From Fidelibacterota bacterium (lineage in GTDB: Bacteria > Fidelibacterota > Marinisomatia > Marinisomatales > TCS55), in NCBI GenBank assembly GCA_027251445.1, contig JAPNQO010000079.1, forward strand, positions 32,001 to 96,000: a DNA stretch of 64,000 bases. Reading direction: 5' to 3'. Every line of letters starts with the position of its first letter. The first letter of the stretch is position 1. The notes beneath the pieces are model-generated. The model did not search any database, was not told where the DNA came from, and saw only the letters and a list, made by a program, of their open reading frames with translations. This document shows positions 22,502 through 31,220 of the stretch, piece by piece. A program made the position numbers and the translations under genes.

Positions 22502-23523
22502 ATTTCCCTAAAAGTTTTTTTCCTTCTTATATAGTGATCCCAAATAATACTCCCTTTGTGCATTGATTTCATTATTTCGTAATCATTAATTAAACGAAGA
22601 CGTCTAATCTTTCTCCTCCTAATAAAAATAATATGTATGTGGAATAACAACCATAGATGTGCCTGAATTACGCCAAACATATGTTTAAAATCTAATTTTG
22701 ATAGAGCATAAATAATAGCAATCAACTCTAGAGAATATCTTATAGGAAATAAATAAAGAGTAGTAAAAAGCTTGTAATTACTTAATAGCATAATAATTGA
22801 ATTTCTATGATTTAGCATAAACTTTTTCAATGATGTCATAGGTAGTGAAACAGCATTTTTATGATAAACAACTGATTTTGGGTTTACATAAACTTTATAA
22901 CCTTTCAGTTGAAGTTTCCAGCATAAATCAATTTCTTCCATATGAGCAAAAAAATTTTCATCAAATTTTTCAACTTCAAGAAAATATTTTTTTCTAACCA
23001 TAATTGCAGTACCTGATGCCCAAAAGCATTGGGTGTCATCATCATATTGTTTGTTATCTATTTCTTGTTCTAAAAACAATCTTCCTCTAGCAAAAGGATA
23101 ACATAATACATCCATATGTCCACCAGATCCTCCTGCATAATCAAACTTATCTCTCTCATAATAATTTAATATTTTAGGTTGAACAGCCGCGCAATCGGGA
23201 TGGTTATTCATAAATGAAACCAAATTACTAAGCCAATTTTTTTCTTGAATTGTATCATTATTTAAAAAAACAATATAATCTCCTTTTGATATTTTTATAC
23301 CACGATTGCATCCTCCTGCATAACCATAATTTTGATCATTCTCTACAATATTAATTTTGGGGTGATTATTATTTATCCATTTAACGCTATCATCAGATGA
23401 GGCATTATCAACTACAATTATTTCGAAATTAGAATATTTAGTATTGTTTAAGGAATCAATGCACTCTGATAATACATCAATTCCATTCCAATGGGGAATT
23501 ATTATGGAAACTAGCGTATCCAT
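22480..23523 (-). CDS. GT2 glycosyltransferase
   Basis: SIIIPHWNG, VVDNASSD, FLNNDT, HMEEIDLCW. Confidence 0.93.
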   Translation of the reverse strand: MDTLVSIIIPHWNGIDVLSECIDSLNNTKYSNFEIIVVDNASSDDSVKWINNNHPKINIVENDQNYGYAGGCNRGIKISKGDYIVFLNNDTIQEKNWLSNLVSFMNNHPDCAAVQPKILNYYERDKFDYAGGSGGHMDVLCYPFARGRLFLEQEIDNKQYDDDTQCFWASGTAIMVRKKYFLEVEKFDENFFAHMEEIDLCWKLQLKGYKVYVNPKSVVYHKNAVSLPMTSLKKFMLNHRNSIIMLLSNYKLFTTLYLFPIRYSLELIAIIYALSKLDFKHMFGVIQAHLWLLFHIHIIFIRRRKIRRLRLINDYEIMKSMHKGSIIWDHYIRRKKTFREIYFSPSS

Positions 23524-23541
23524 AGGGAAATGCCCTAATAA

Positions 23542-26500
23542 CTAGGGAGAGTTACCTTTTAATTCATCAAGTAATTTTTTAGCTTGGCGGTCGCTAGGGT
23601 TTCGTTCTAACCAACCAGTTAAAACGGTTTCTGCTTCCACATTCATATCTAGCTTTTGATAGGCAATAACTAAATGGGAAACAATATTTGAATAGTTATT
23701 TTGCCATTGTCTCCATGATTTTGAAGAGAGTCCTGCTGATTCTAGACCTCTAGTTTGGACTATTCTTTCAGTATTATTAAAAGAGTTATATAATGTTTCA
23801 TATATATTCTTTGCTATATCTGGTTCATCTAGTTCAACAAGATATGATTGACCATAATCTAATCTATCTTTTATTGATATATCTTCTCGCAATAATAAAT
23901 TATCAAGGACATCACGTAGTTTATTTTTTTGACCTACTCCAAAATATAACCTACCCATTTGATAGTATAATTCTTTTGAATCCATGCGAATTGTATTATC
24001 AGGAATATTCTCATTCATTTCATCAAGTATAAGCAAAACTTTTTCCTGTAAGGATTTCCCTTTATCGCCTTCTTTTTGATCTTTGGGAAGTTTTTGATAA
24101 TCCATAAAATAATGTACAGCTAGCTGCATATATGCACTTCTATAATTTTGAAGTAAACGAATTATTTGTTCATTATAATAAACATCTTCATTGCCTAAAT
24201 GTCTAAACAAATACCTAGGGTCATAATCTTTAAACCAAACGCGACCCTCATCATCATTCCATTTTCTACTATTAAAAGATTTTGACCATTCATCTTGTCC
24301 AAAATCAGTGATCAAGTGTTTTGCCATATTCTCGGGATTTATACCTTTAGTTTTATAAGGACGTAAACGATAAGCTAATCCATCCATTTCTAAATAGGGC
24401 TCAAGACCTAATCGGTTACTTGGTGATACAGTAACAGCAAAATAAATTGGTGATGTCCATTTAGAATCATTAATTATTTGCATAATCATCATATCTTGTA
24501 TTTTTAATGCTTGTCCAGCATATGTAGGCTTTACTGACCAAGTGATCTTATCTGGGGTATCAATAGGTAAAGTGACATCCCTCTTTTTCCAAGGGGTTAA
24601 CCCTCGTGTAAGATCTCTTATTTGTTTGTCAGATAACTTAATAATTTGAAGAGAAGAGCCATCAATAGATACAAATCTATGAGTTTCAAATTCTCTTATT
24701 TCTCTGAGCTGTCTGATATACCATGGAGTATTTAGTAGACTTAAGTTCGCGACTGTTACATCTGTCCTTATTCCTTCAACTTCCTGTAAGTACCAAAGAG
24801 GAAATGTATCGTTATCTCCGTTAGTAAATAAGACAGCGTTTGGTTCACAAGACTGTAATAGGTTATAACTATAATCCCATGCAACTAAATTACCTGATCG
24901 ATTATGCTCATGATAATTTGCTTTGAGCATCATCCCTGGAACAGCAAGTATTTGAAAAATTACTAATAAAGAAATTATTCTTATACCATACTGTTTATTT
25001 TTGAAAAAATTTGAGCACCATTCAATTATTGATGCACTTCCAATACCAATCCATATTGAGAATGCCAGAAAACTACCAACGTAAGAATAATCTCGTTCTC
25101 TTGGCTGGGGATTATCCTGATTGAGATATAGTATTACAGCAATACCCGTCATTAAAAACAGAGTAAATACTGAAAAGGCAAGTTCTCCATCTTTATTAAA
25201 ATGATAAAAAATTCCTACGAGACCTAATAATAGAGCTAAGGGAAGTCCAAAATGGAACCAGTAGACACCATCTTGAGGAGATGGGTGTGCAGGAGAATTA
25301 GCGCCAAAAGAACTTACTCCGGGATCACCTGATGGCCCTCTACCAGCAAATTGCCAAAGAAAATAACGCCAATACATTTTTTTCATTTGATAACCCCAGA
25401 AAAAGTCCCACTGTGTTCCGAAATTATGAAACATATATTTACGATTTTGCCTGCTTGAGAATTCTCGATAAGATTTACCATTATTAGTTTTTACAGTTTC
25501 AGGATTCCCAACAATTTGAGCCTTATGAGATGGTGTGCCAACTTTGTTTTTAATGTATTTTCTAGGGAGCTGGCCAATTGCGCCATACTGTTCTCTTTCT
25601 AAATAAGATATAGCACGTGAAATTGTTTCAGGATCATTTTCATCAATCATTGGATCTTGACCGGATCGAATAAATATGGTTGCATAACTTGAATAACCAA
25701 CAAGAATTAGAATTATCGAAGTAAAAATAAGAGACAGTAATTGTTGTTTATTTCTTATCGTCCAAATCACTACTGCAAAAGTGATAATGACTAACAATCC
25801 TACACCCTCCAAACCAACTAATTTACTCATTCTTGGCAACCCTTTTATGATGCCATTATGAATAACTAGAAAAACAGCTGCGGTTAATCCCATAGTTATG
25901 AAAAATGTTTTCCAATCAAAATTTGTTTTTCTGAAATAAATAATTAGAGCTAAAAATGGAAGTGTTAATAAGTTTAAAATGTGGACTCCTATTGCTAGAC
26001 CAAACATATAAGCAATAATTAATATATATCTTTCACTTCCATCATTATCAGCATTTTCTGACCATAACAAAATTAACCAAACTACTATTGCAGTAAAAAA
26101 AGTACTCATTGCATATACTTCTGCTTCGACAGCGTTAAACCAATGACTATCTGTAAACGCAAAAGTGAGAGATCCAACCAAAGCTCCTCCAAATACAATA
26201 AGCAAATCAGTATTATTTTTTATTTTCCCTCTCCAATGCAAGATTATCTTTACAATAATTAAATATAATAACATACAAGCTACGGCGCTGACTATAGGAG
26301 AAATAATATTAACCCTAAACGCAATATCAGGGTTTGTTGGTATCATAGAAAAAATTCTTCCAAGTAATAAATAGAGAGGACTCCCTGGAGGATGAGGAAC
26401 TCCTAGTATAAATGATGTTGCTATAAATTCTCCACAATCCCAATACGATACTGTAGGGGCCATTGTAAAAAAATAGATCGTAAAAGAAATTGCTAGAACA

Positions 26501-26550
26501 ATAGAAGCAAAAATTCTATTTAGTTTTGTATGTTGTATAGAAAGATTCAA
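23542..26550 (-). CDS. DUF2723 / TMEM260-like GT-C membrane glycosyltransferase with C-terminal TPR
   Basis: SYWDCGEF, HPPGSP, EAEVY, RERDYSY, GDNDTFPLWY; many TM helices. Confidence 0.9.
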   Translation of the reverse strand: MNLSIQHTKLNRIFASIVLAISFTIYFFTMAPTVSYWDCGEFIATSFILGVPHPPGSPLYLLLGRIFSMIPTNPDIAFRVNIISPIVSAVACMLLYLIIVKIILHWRGKIKNNTDLLIVFGGALVGSLTFAFTDSHWFNAVEAEVYAMSTFFTAIVVWLILLWSENADNDGSERYILIIAYMFGLAIGVHILNLLTLPFLALIIYFRKTNFDWKTFFITMGLTAAVFLVIHNGIIKGLPRMSKLVGLEGVGLLVIITFAVVIWTIRNKQQLLSLIFTSIILILVGYSSYATIFIRSGQDPMIDENDPETISRAISYLEREQYGAIGQLPRKYIKNKVGTPSHKAQIVGNPETVKTNNGKSYREFSSRQNRKYMFHNFGTQWDFFWGYQMKKMYWRYFLWQFAGRGPSGDPGVSSFGANSPAHPSPQDGVYWFHFGLPLALLLGLVGIFYHFNKDGELAFSVFTLFLMTGIAVILYLNQDNPQPRERDYSYVGSFLAFSIWIGIGSASIIEWCSNFFKNKQYGIRIISLLVIFQILAVPGMMLKANYHEHNRSGNLVAWDYSYNLLQSCEPNAVLFTNGDNDTFPLWYLQEVEGIRTDVTVANLSLLNTPWYIRQLREIREFETHRFVSIDGSSLQIIKLSDKQIRDLTRGLTPWKKRDVTLPIDTPDKITWSVKPTYAGQALKIQDMMIMQIINDSKWTSPIYFAVTVSPSNRLGLEPYLEMDGLAYRLRPYKTKGINPENMAKHLITDFGQDEWSKSFNSRKWNDDEGRVWFKDYDPRYLFRHLGNEDVYYNEQIIRLLQNYRSAYMQLAVHYFMDYQKLPKDQKEGDKGKSLQEKVLLILDEMNENIPDNTIRMDSKELYYQMGRLYFGVGQKNKLRDVLDNLLLREDISIKDRLDYGQSYLVELDEPDIAKNIYETLYNSFNNTERIVQTRGLESAGLSSKSWRQWQNNYSNIVSHLVIAYQKLDMNVEAETVLTGWLERNPSDRQAKKLLDELKGNSP

Positions 26551-26864
26551 GTTTCTTGCTCCTCATTATTACTGTTGTCACTATTTGATTCATCAGAATT
26601 ATTTTTCTGGTCATTATAACTCATTTTTAATGCATGGATATTTTCACTAAAAAATTTTTCTTCTTCTTCAGATAAATTTCCAGTCATTCTTTTATATATC
26701 ATATCAAGCATATCTATTTGAGTAGAGGCTTGCTGTAAATCCTTTTCAAGCTTATTATTCATCGGATTATTCATAGTTCCCAGATAAACCCAAGCGCTAT
26801 GAACAAGGGATGAAACTAGCTGGTCAAATAATTGTTGTTCAGTTAATTTACTTTCTAGAGCCAT
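26547..26864 (-). CDS. DUF1844-family protein
   Basis: F..LV.SL...A...LG...NP...IDML....K...GNLSEEE. Confidence 0.8.
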   Translation of the reverse strand: MALESKLTEQQLFDQLVSSLVHSAWVYLGTMNNPMNNKLEKDLQQASTQIDMLDMIYKRMTGNLSEEEEKFFSENIHALKMSYNDQKNNSDESNSDNSNNEEQET

Positions 26865-26925
26865 AAATAATACTATTTAATCTAAATAAAGTCAGCAAAT
26901 ATAGAATTGTTGAATATAAAATGCT

Positions 26926-27798
26926 CTATGCATTCTTTTTTATAATAAATATAAGAGAACTACACTTATCTTTGGAGAAAATTGATAATGTCCATGATTT
27001 AAAACCATTTATTAAACCACTCATAAAAGATTTTCCCATATGTTTTGCGCTTAACATTGAAACATAAAAGGGATCAAAATTCATTCTATATATTGATTCT
27101 ATATTTAGCCCATGAGGTTTTATAGTTTTATTCATAGACTTTATTGTAAAATGATATAGATGGCGAGGAGTATCATAAGCAGCCCAAAACTCTTTATATA
27201 TTTTTGCATCTGTTGATTGATAGTTAGGTAATGCGACAATTAAAAATCCATCCAGTGTTAAACTCTTTTTTATTTTATCAAGATATACCCAAGGTTCGTG
27301 TACATGCTCTAGACTGTGCCAGCATGTAATTACATCATATTTTTCTTTATTATTTATCCAATCTTTAGGATCCATTACTTTAATATTTAACTTCTTATTT
27401 GCTATTTTTCTTGCCTTATTTGACGTGTCTACGCCATTTATATTCCAATGATTTTCTTTCATGTATTGCAAAAAGTCACCCGCGCCGCATCCAATATCAA
27501 GAATTTTACCATTCGATTTATTAAAATATTTTCCAATTAATTTCTTTTTCTTATTTAATTGATAGGTACGTACTAATCCATAAATACTATCAAATATTCC
27601 AGATACTTTATCATCATGTGATATGTAATCATCTGAAGAATAATAATTACCAATTATTTTTTTATCTGGGAATGGTGTTGTAGTTCTTATAGAGCATGCT
27701 TCACATTCAACAATATCAAAAGATTCGCCAGTAACTAAATAATCTTTAGTCACAAATTTAAATTTCATTTCTGTAGTGCAAATAGGACAAGAATTCAT
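26926..27798 (-). CDS. Class I SAM methyltransferase with N-terminal Zn ribbon
   Basis: CPIC...CEAC; ILDIGCGAG; WHSLEHV; PRHLYHF. Confidence 0.9.
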   Translation of the reverse strand: MNSCPICTTEMKFKFVTKDYLVTGESFDIVECEACSIRTTTPFPDKKIIGNYYSSDDYISHDDKVSGIFDSIYGLVRTYQLNKKKKLIGKYFNKSNGKILDIGCGAGDFLQYMKENHWNINGVDTSNKARKIANKKLNIKVMDPKDWINNKEKYDVITCWHSLEHVHEPWVYLDKIKKSLTLDGFLIVALPNYQSTDAKIYKEFWAAYDTPRHLYHFTIKSMNKTIKPHGLNIESIYRMNFDPFYVSMLSAKHMGKSFMSGLINGFKSWTLSIFSKDKCSSLIFIIKKNA

Positions 27799-27803
27799 AT
27801 CTG

Positions 27804-29882
27804 TTAAGTTATATTTATTGTGTCAAAATATTGAGAATAATCATTTATCAATCTTTCTTTCATTAATAAATGATTATTCAATTTTGGATCATCATTAATA
27901 ATCTTTTGAGCGCAAACCCTAGCCTTTCTTATAATTGCCCCATCATTAATCATATCTGCTAGCTTATAATTAAAATAACCACTCTGTTCTGTGCTAAAGA
28001 ATTTTCCAGGACCTCGCATTTTTAAATCCTCATCAGCAATGATAAATCCATTACTAGTATTTTCCATTATTTCTAAACGTTTTTTTGAGTTTGTGGATAC
28101 ATTCCTCTCAACAAGAATGCAATAACTCTTAGCTTCTCCTCTACCAACTCGACCGCGCAACTGATGAAGCTGTGTTAAACCAAAGCGTTCAGAATTTTCA
28201 ATAAGAATAACAGATGCATTTGGCACATCGATTCCTACTTCTATTACTGTTGTTGAAACTAAAATATTTATATTATTATTTTCAAAATTTTCCATAATTC
28301 TTTCTTTATCACTATTTTTCATTTTACCATGTATTAAACCTAAACTAACGTTATTAAATAATTGTTTCAATTTTTCATACCCCTCCGTTGCAGCGGCTAA
28401 ATCAGACTTTTTTGTTTCTTCTACTAATGGAAAAACAATAATACACTGTCTTCCAGCTGCTATTTCTTCTTTCATAAAGGTATATACTTTTATCAAACGT
28501 TTATCATTAACAATTTTAGTTATAATCTTTTTCCTATTTTTTGGGATTTCATCAATTATTGATAAATCCATATCTCCATGATAAGTAATTGCCATGGTTC
28601 GAGGTATAGGTGTAGCAGTCATCGCTAATAAATGCGGATTAGCACCTTTTTTAATTAAATCACCCCTTTGAAGTACTCCAAAACGATGTTGTTCATCCAC
28701 TATAATTAATCCAAGTTTTTTAAACTTAACATTTTTTTGTATTAATGCATGAGTCCCTATAATAACATTAATCTTTCCATCTTTTAAAGCAGCTAAAACC
28801 TTATCTTTTTCAGACGCCTTTTGTTTACCAACAATTAATGCACAATTTATGTGGATAGTATCTAAATATTTTTTAAATGATTTATAATGTTGATGTGCTA
28901 AGATTTCAGTAGGAGCCATTATTGCAACCTGCATATTATTTTCTACAGAAACTATTGCTGTAATAATTGCAACAATTGTCTTACCACATCCAACATCACC
29001 TTGTAGCAAACGATTCATAGCACTATTACTAGATATATCTTTATTAATTTCTTTAATTACATTTTTTTGTGCATTCGTAAGGTCAAATCCTAAATTATCA
29101 ATTATTTTTTTTACTTTTTCCCCTTTTATTTTAAAAGGTTTTGAATTTATAGTTTTTAATGAAGATCTTCGTAATACCATTAATAATTGAAGAAAAAAAT
29201 GCTCATCAAACTTCAGTCTTTTGATAGATGCTTCAAGATCCATAATAGATTCTGGGAAATGAATGTTTTTAATCGCCCTTTTTAAAGATATTAATTTTTC
29301 TTTATTTAAAAATTCGCTTTCATAATAATCTTTCATTATTTCTATATGAGGTAAAACTTTTTTCATTAAACGTCGAAAAAAACGATGTTCAATCTTTACC
29401 TTTTTCAGATCACTAGTTAAAGGATAAAGTGAAACTATTGACCCTGTATTTATTGGGTCTATATCTGAATCAATTTTATCGTAATCTGGATGTAAAATTT
29501 GATATCCATTAAAAAAATCAATTTTCCCATGCACTGCTAAACGGTCATCTTTTTTAATTGAGTTCTTAATATATTTGGCCCCATTAAACCAAACTAGTTT
29601 TACAAGACCTGTCCCATCTGAAATAATGGCTTCAAATAACGTTCTATTTTTTGTCCTTCTTATTCCACATACTTCAATATTTCCTAAAATAGTTACATTA
29701 TCATTTAGCTTTAAATCTTTAATTAGCTTTATTGTTGTTCGATCTAAATATCGTCGAGGATAATAATTCAATAAATCAATAACTGAATTAATAGAAATAT
29801 TATTAAAGGCTTGTAACTTTTTAGGGCCTATACCCTTAATATTATTAATAGAGGTATTTAAACTATTTTTAATTTCTGACAC
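27804..29882 (-). CDS. recG: ATP-dependent DNA helicase RecG
   Basis: GDVGCGKT, DEQHRFG, TATPIPR, QLHQLRGRVGRG, DLKMRGPG. Confidence 0.97.
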   Translation of the reverse strand: MSEIKNSLNTSINNIKGIGPKKLQAFNNISINSVIDLLNYYPRRYLDRTTIKLIKDLKLNDNVTILGNIEVCGIRRTKNRTLFEAIISDGTGLVKLVWFNGAKYIKNSIKKDDRLAVHGKIDFFNGYQILHPDYDKIDSDIDPINTGSIVSLYPLTSDLKKVKIEHRFFRRLMKKVLPHIEIMKDYYESEFLNKEKLISLKRAIKNIHFPESIMDLEASIKRLKFDEHFFLQLLMVLRRSSLKTINSKPFKIKGEKVKKIIDNLGFDLTNAQKNVIKEINKDISSNSAMNRLLQGDVGCGKTIVAIITAIVSVENNMQVAIMAPTEILAHQHYKSFKKYLDTIHINCALIVGKQKASEKDKVLAALKDGKINVIIGTHALIQKNVKFKKLGLIIVDEQHRFGVLQRGDLIKKGANPHLLAMTATPIPRTMAITYHGDMDLSIIDEIPKNRKKIITKIVNDKRLIKVYTFMKEEIAAGRQCIIVFPLVEETKKSDLAAATEGYEKLKQLFNNVSLGLIHGKMKNSDKERIMENFENNNINILVSTTVIEVGIDVPNASVILIENSERFGLTQLHQLRGRVGRGEAKSYCILVERNVSTNSKKRLEIMENTSNGFIIADEDLKMRGPGKFFSTEQSGYFNYKLADMINDGAIIRKARVCAQKIINDDPKLNNHLLMKERLINDYSQYFDTINIT

Positions 29883-29888
29883 AAGGTA

Positions 29889-31220
29889 TTAATTCCATTC
29901 CTTGCGATAAGTATATGTTGTGGTAATTTTTTTGCCCTTTGGCACTGATAGTAGAAAATGTATTGTAGTAGCATCTTTTTTTATGTAATCGTTCGATGCT
30001 TCCTTTATAACCCAGTCTCCAAGTATTTTTTCTTCTAATCTTATATCAATATCTTCGTCTTTTGTATTATTTATTAATATTTCAATGGAAGCTTCTTCAC
30101 TTTTCCTTTGCCTATCAAAGTTCACAACGCGTCGTTTACCAATAATATCAAATGATCTACCTGCGCGAATAATTAGAGTTTCACCTTTAGGTGTTTGTTT
30201 TATATTATTCTCACCAATAAATCCTAAGTCTTTATCAGAATATTCATAAAGCGATATGCGACCTTGTGGAAGAGGTATGCCTAGATTATTCTCTATCGTA
30301 TTTTTTAATTGAAATTCTATTTCTAAAGGTTCATCTTTTTGACTCTTTTCACTATTGTGAAAAACATAAATTTTGGTATAATTGATTTGTCTAGAATCAT
30401 ACAATCGGATAGTAATATGTTCATTACTGCCAAATTCTATTCTTTTAGGATAATTATATATATGGAAATCTCCAAGAGTAGCATTTTCGCCAAGCTGTGT
30501 ATCCATTTCATTATTTCTAGAAATAGAGGATGATCTTCTATTCAATCTCATTGTATTTTTGCTGGTATTACCTAGTGTACCCTCAACTAATTTAATTTTC
30601 AAATTATTAAATGCTACACTACTATTATTCGACACATATGCTTCAGGAATCAATGATGCTTTCGAATTATCAATCAAAACCATTCTATACACTGCATTCC
30701 AGGCAAACCCGCTGGTCATGTATACTAAGTCACCTGATATATTATTTTGATTTGATGATACATCCCATTGTAAAGCTGGTCTTAGCATTGGATTATCAAT
30801 GATCTTTCTTGACGATATTTGTTTTACTTGATCTTTTTTAATATGAACTACATCACGACGTGTTTGAATGCTATACCCATCTGAAGAAATAGAAATTAAT
30901 TTCCCAAATTGATCTTCATCATCAATAGTAGTTATTGTTACAGAAGAACCTAAAGACTCTTTAAAAAGTTTTTTTTCTGAAAACAAATTTTTATTCAATT
31001 TTTGATTTAAAACTTTCCCATTTAATAAGCTAAGATACGGAGTGCTTTCTCTTATACCTTCAGGGAGCGTTCCAAATTCTATTCTACTAGATCCATCATT
31101 AATTGACCAAGCTACAGGCTGTTGAATTAAAGCTAATCCATTTTTATATATAGTCATTGTTGCATCAAATGACTGAGAATAAACAATTACAGAAGTAAAT
31201 AATAATATGATTTTCTTCAT
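29889..31220 (-). CDS. Secreted DUF4139/DUF4140-family protein
   Basis: TIYKNGLALI, Y.T.G..W.A.Y, LGIPLPQG, FIGE..I..TPKGE. Confidence 0.8.
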   Translation of the reverse strand: MKKIILLFTSVIVYSQSFDATMTIYKNGLALIQQPVAWSINDGSSRIEFGTLPEGIRESTPYLSLLNGKVLNQKLNKNLFSEKKLFKESLGSSVTITTIDDEDQFGKLISISSDGYSIQTRRDVVHIKKDQVKQISSRKIIDNPMLRPALQWDVSSNQNNISGDLVYMTSGFAWNAVYRMVLIDNSKASLIPEAYVSNNSSVAFNNLKIKLVEGTLGNTSKNTMRLNRRSSSISRNNEMDTQLGENATLGDFHIYNYPKRIEFGSNEHITIRLYDSRQINYTKIYVFHNSEKSQKDEPLEIEFQLKNTIENNLGIPLPQGRISLYEYSDKDLGFIGENNIKQTPKGETLIIRAGRSFDIIGKRRVVNFDRQRKSEEASIEILINNTKDEDIDIRLEEKILGDWVIKEASNDYIKKDATTIHFLLSVPKGKKITTTYTYRKEWN

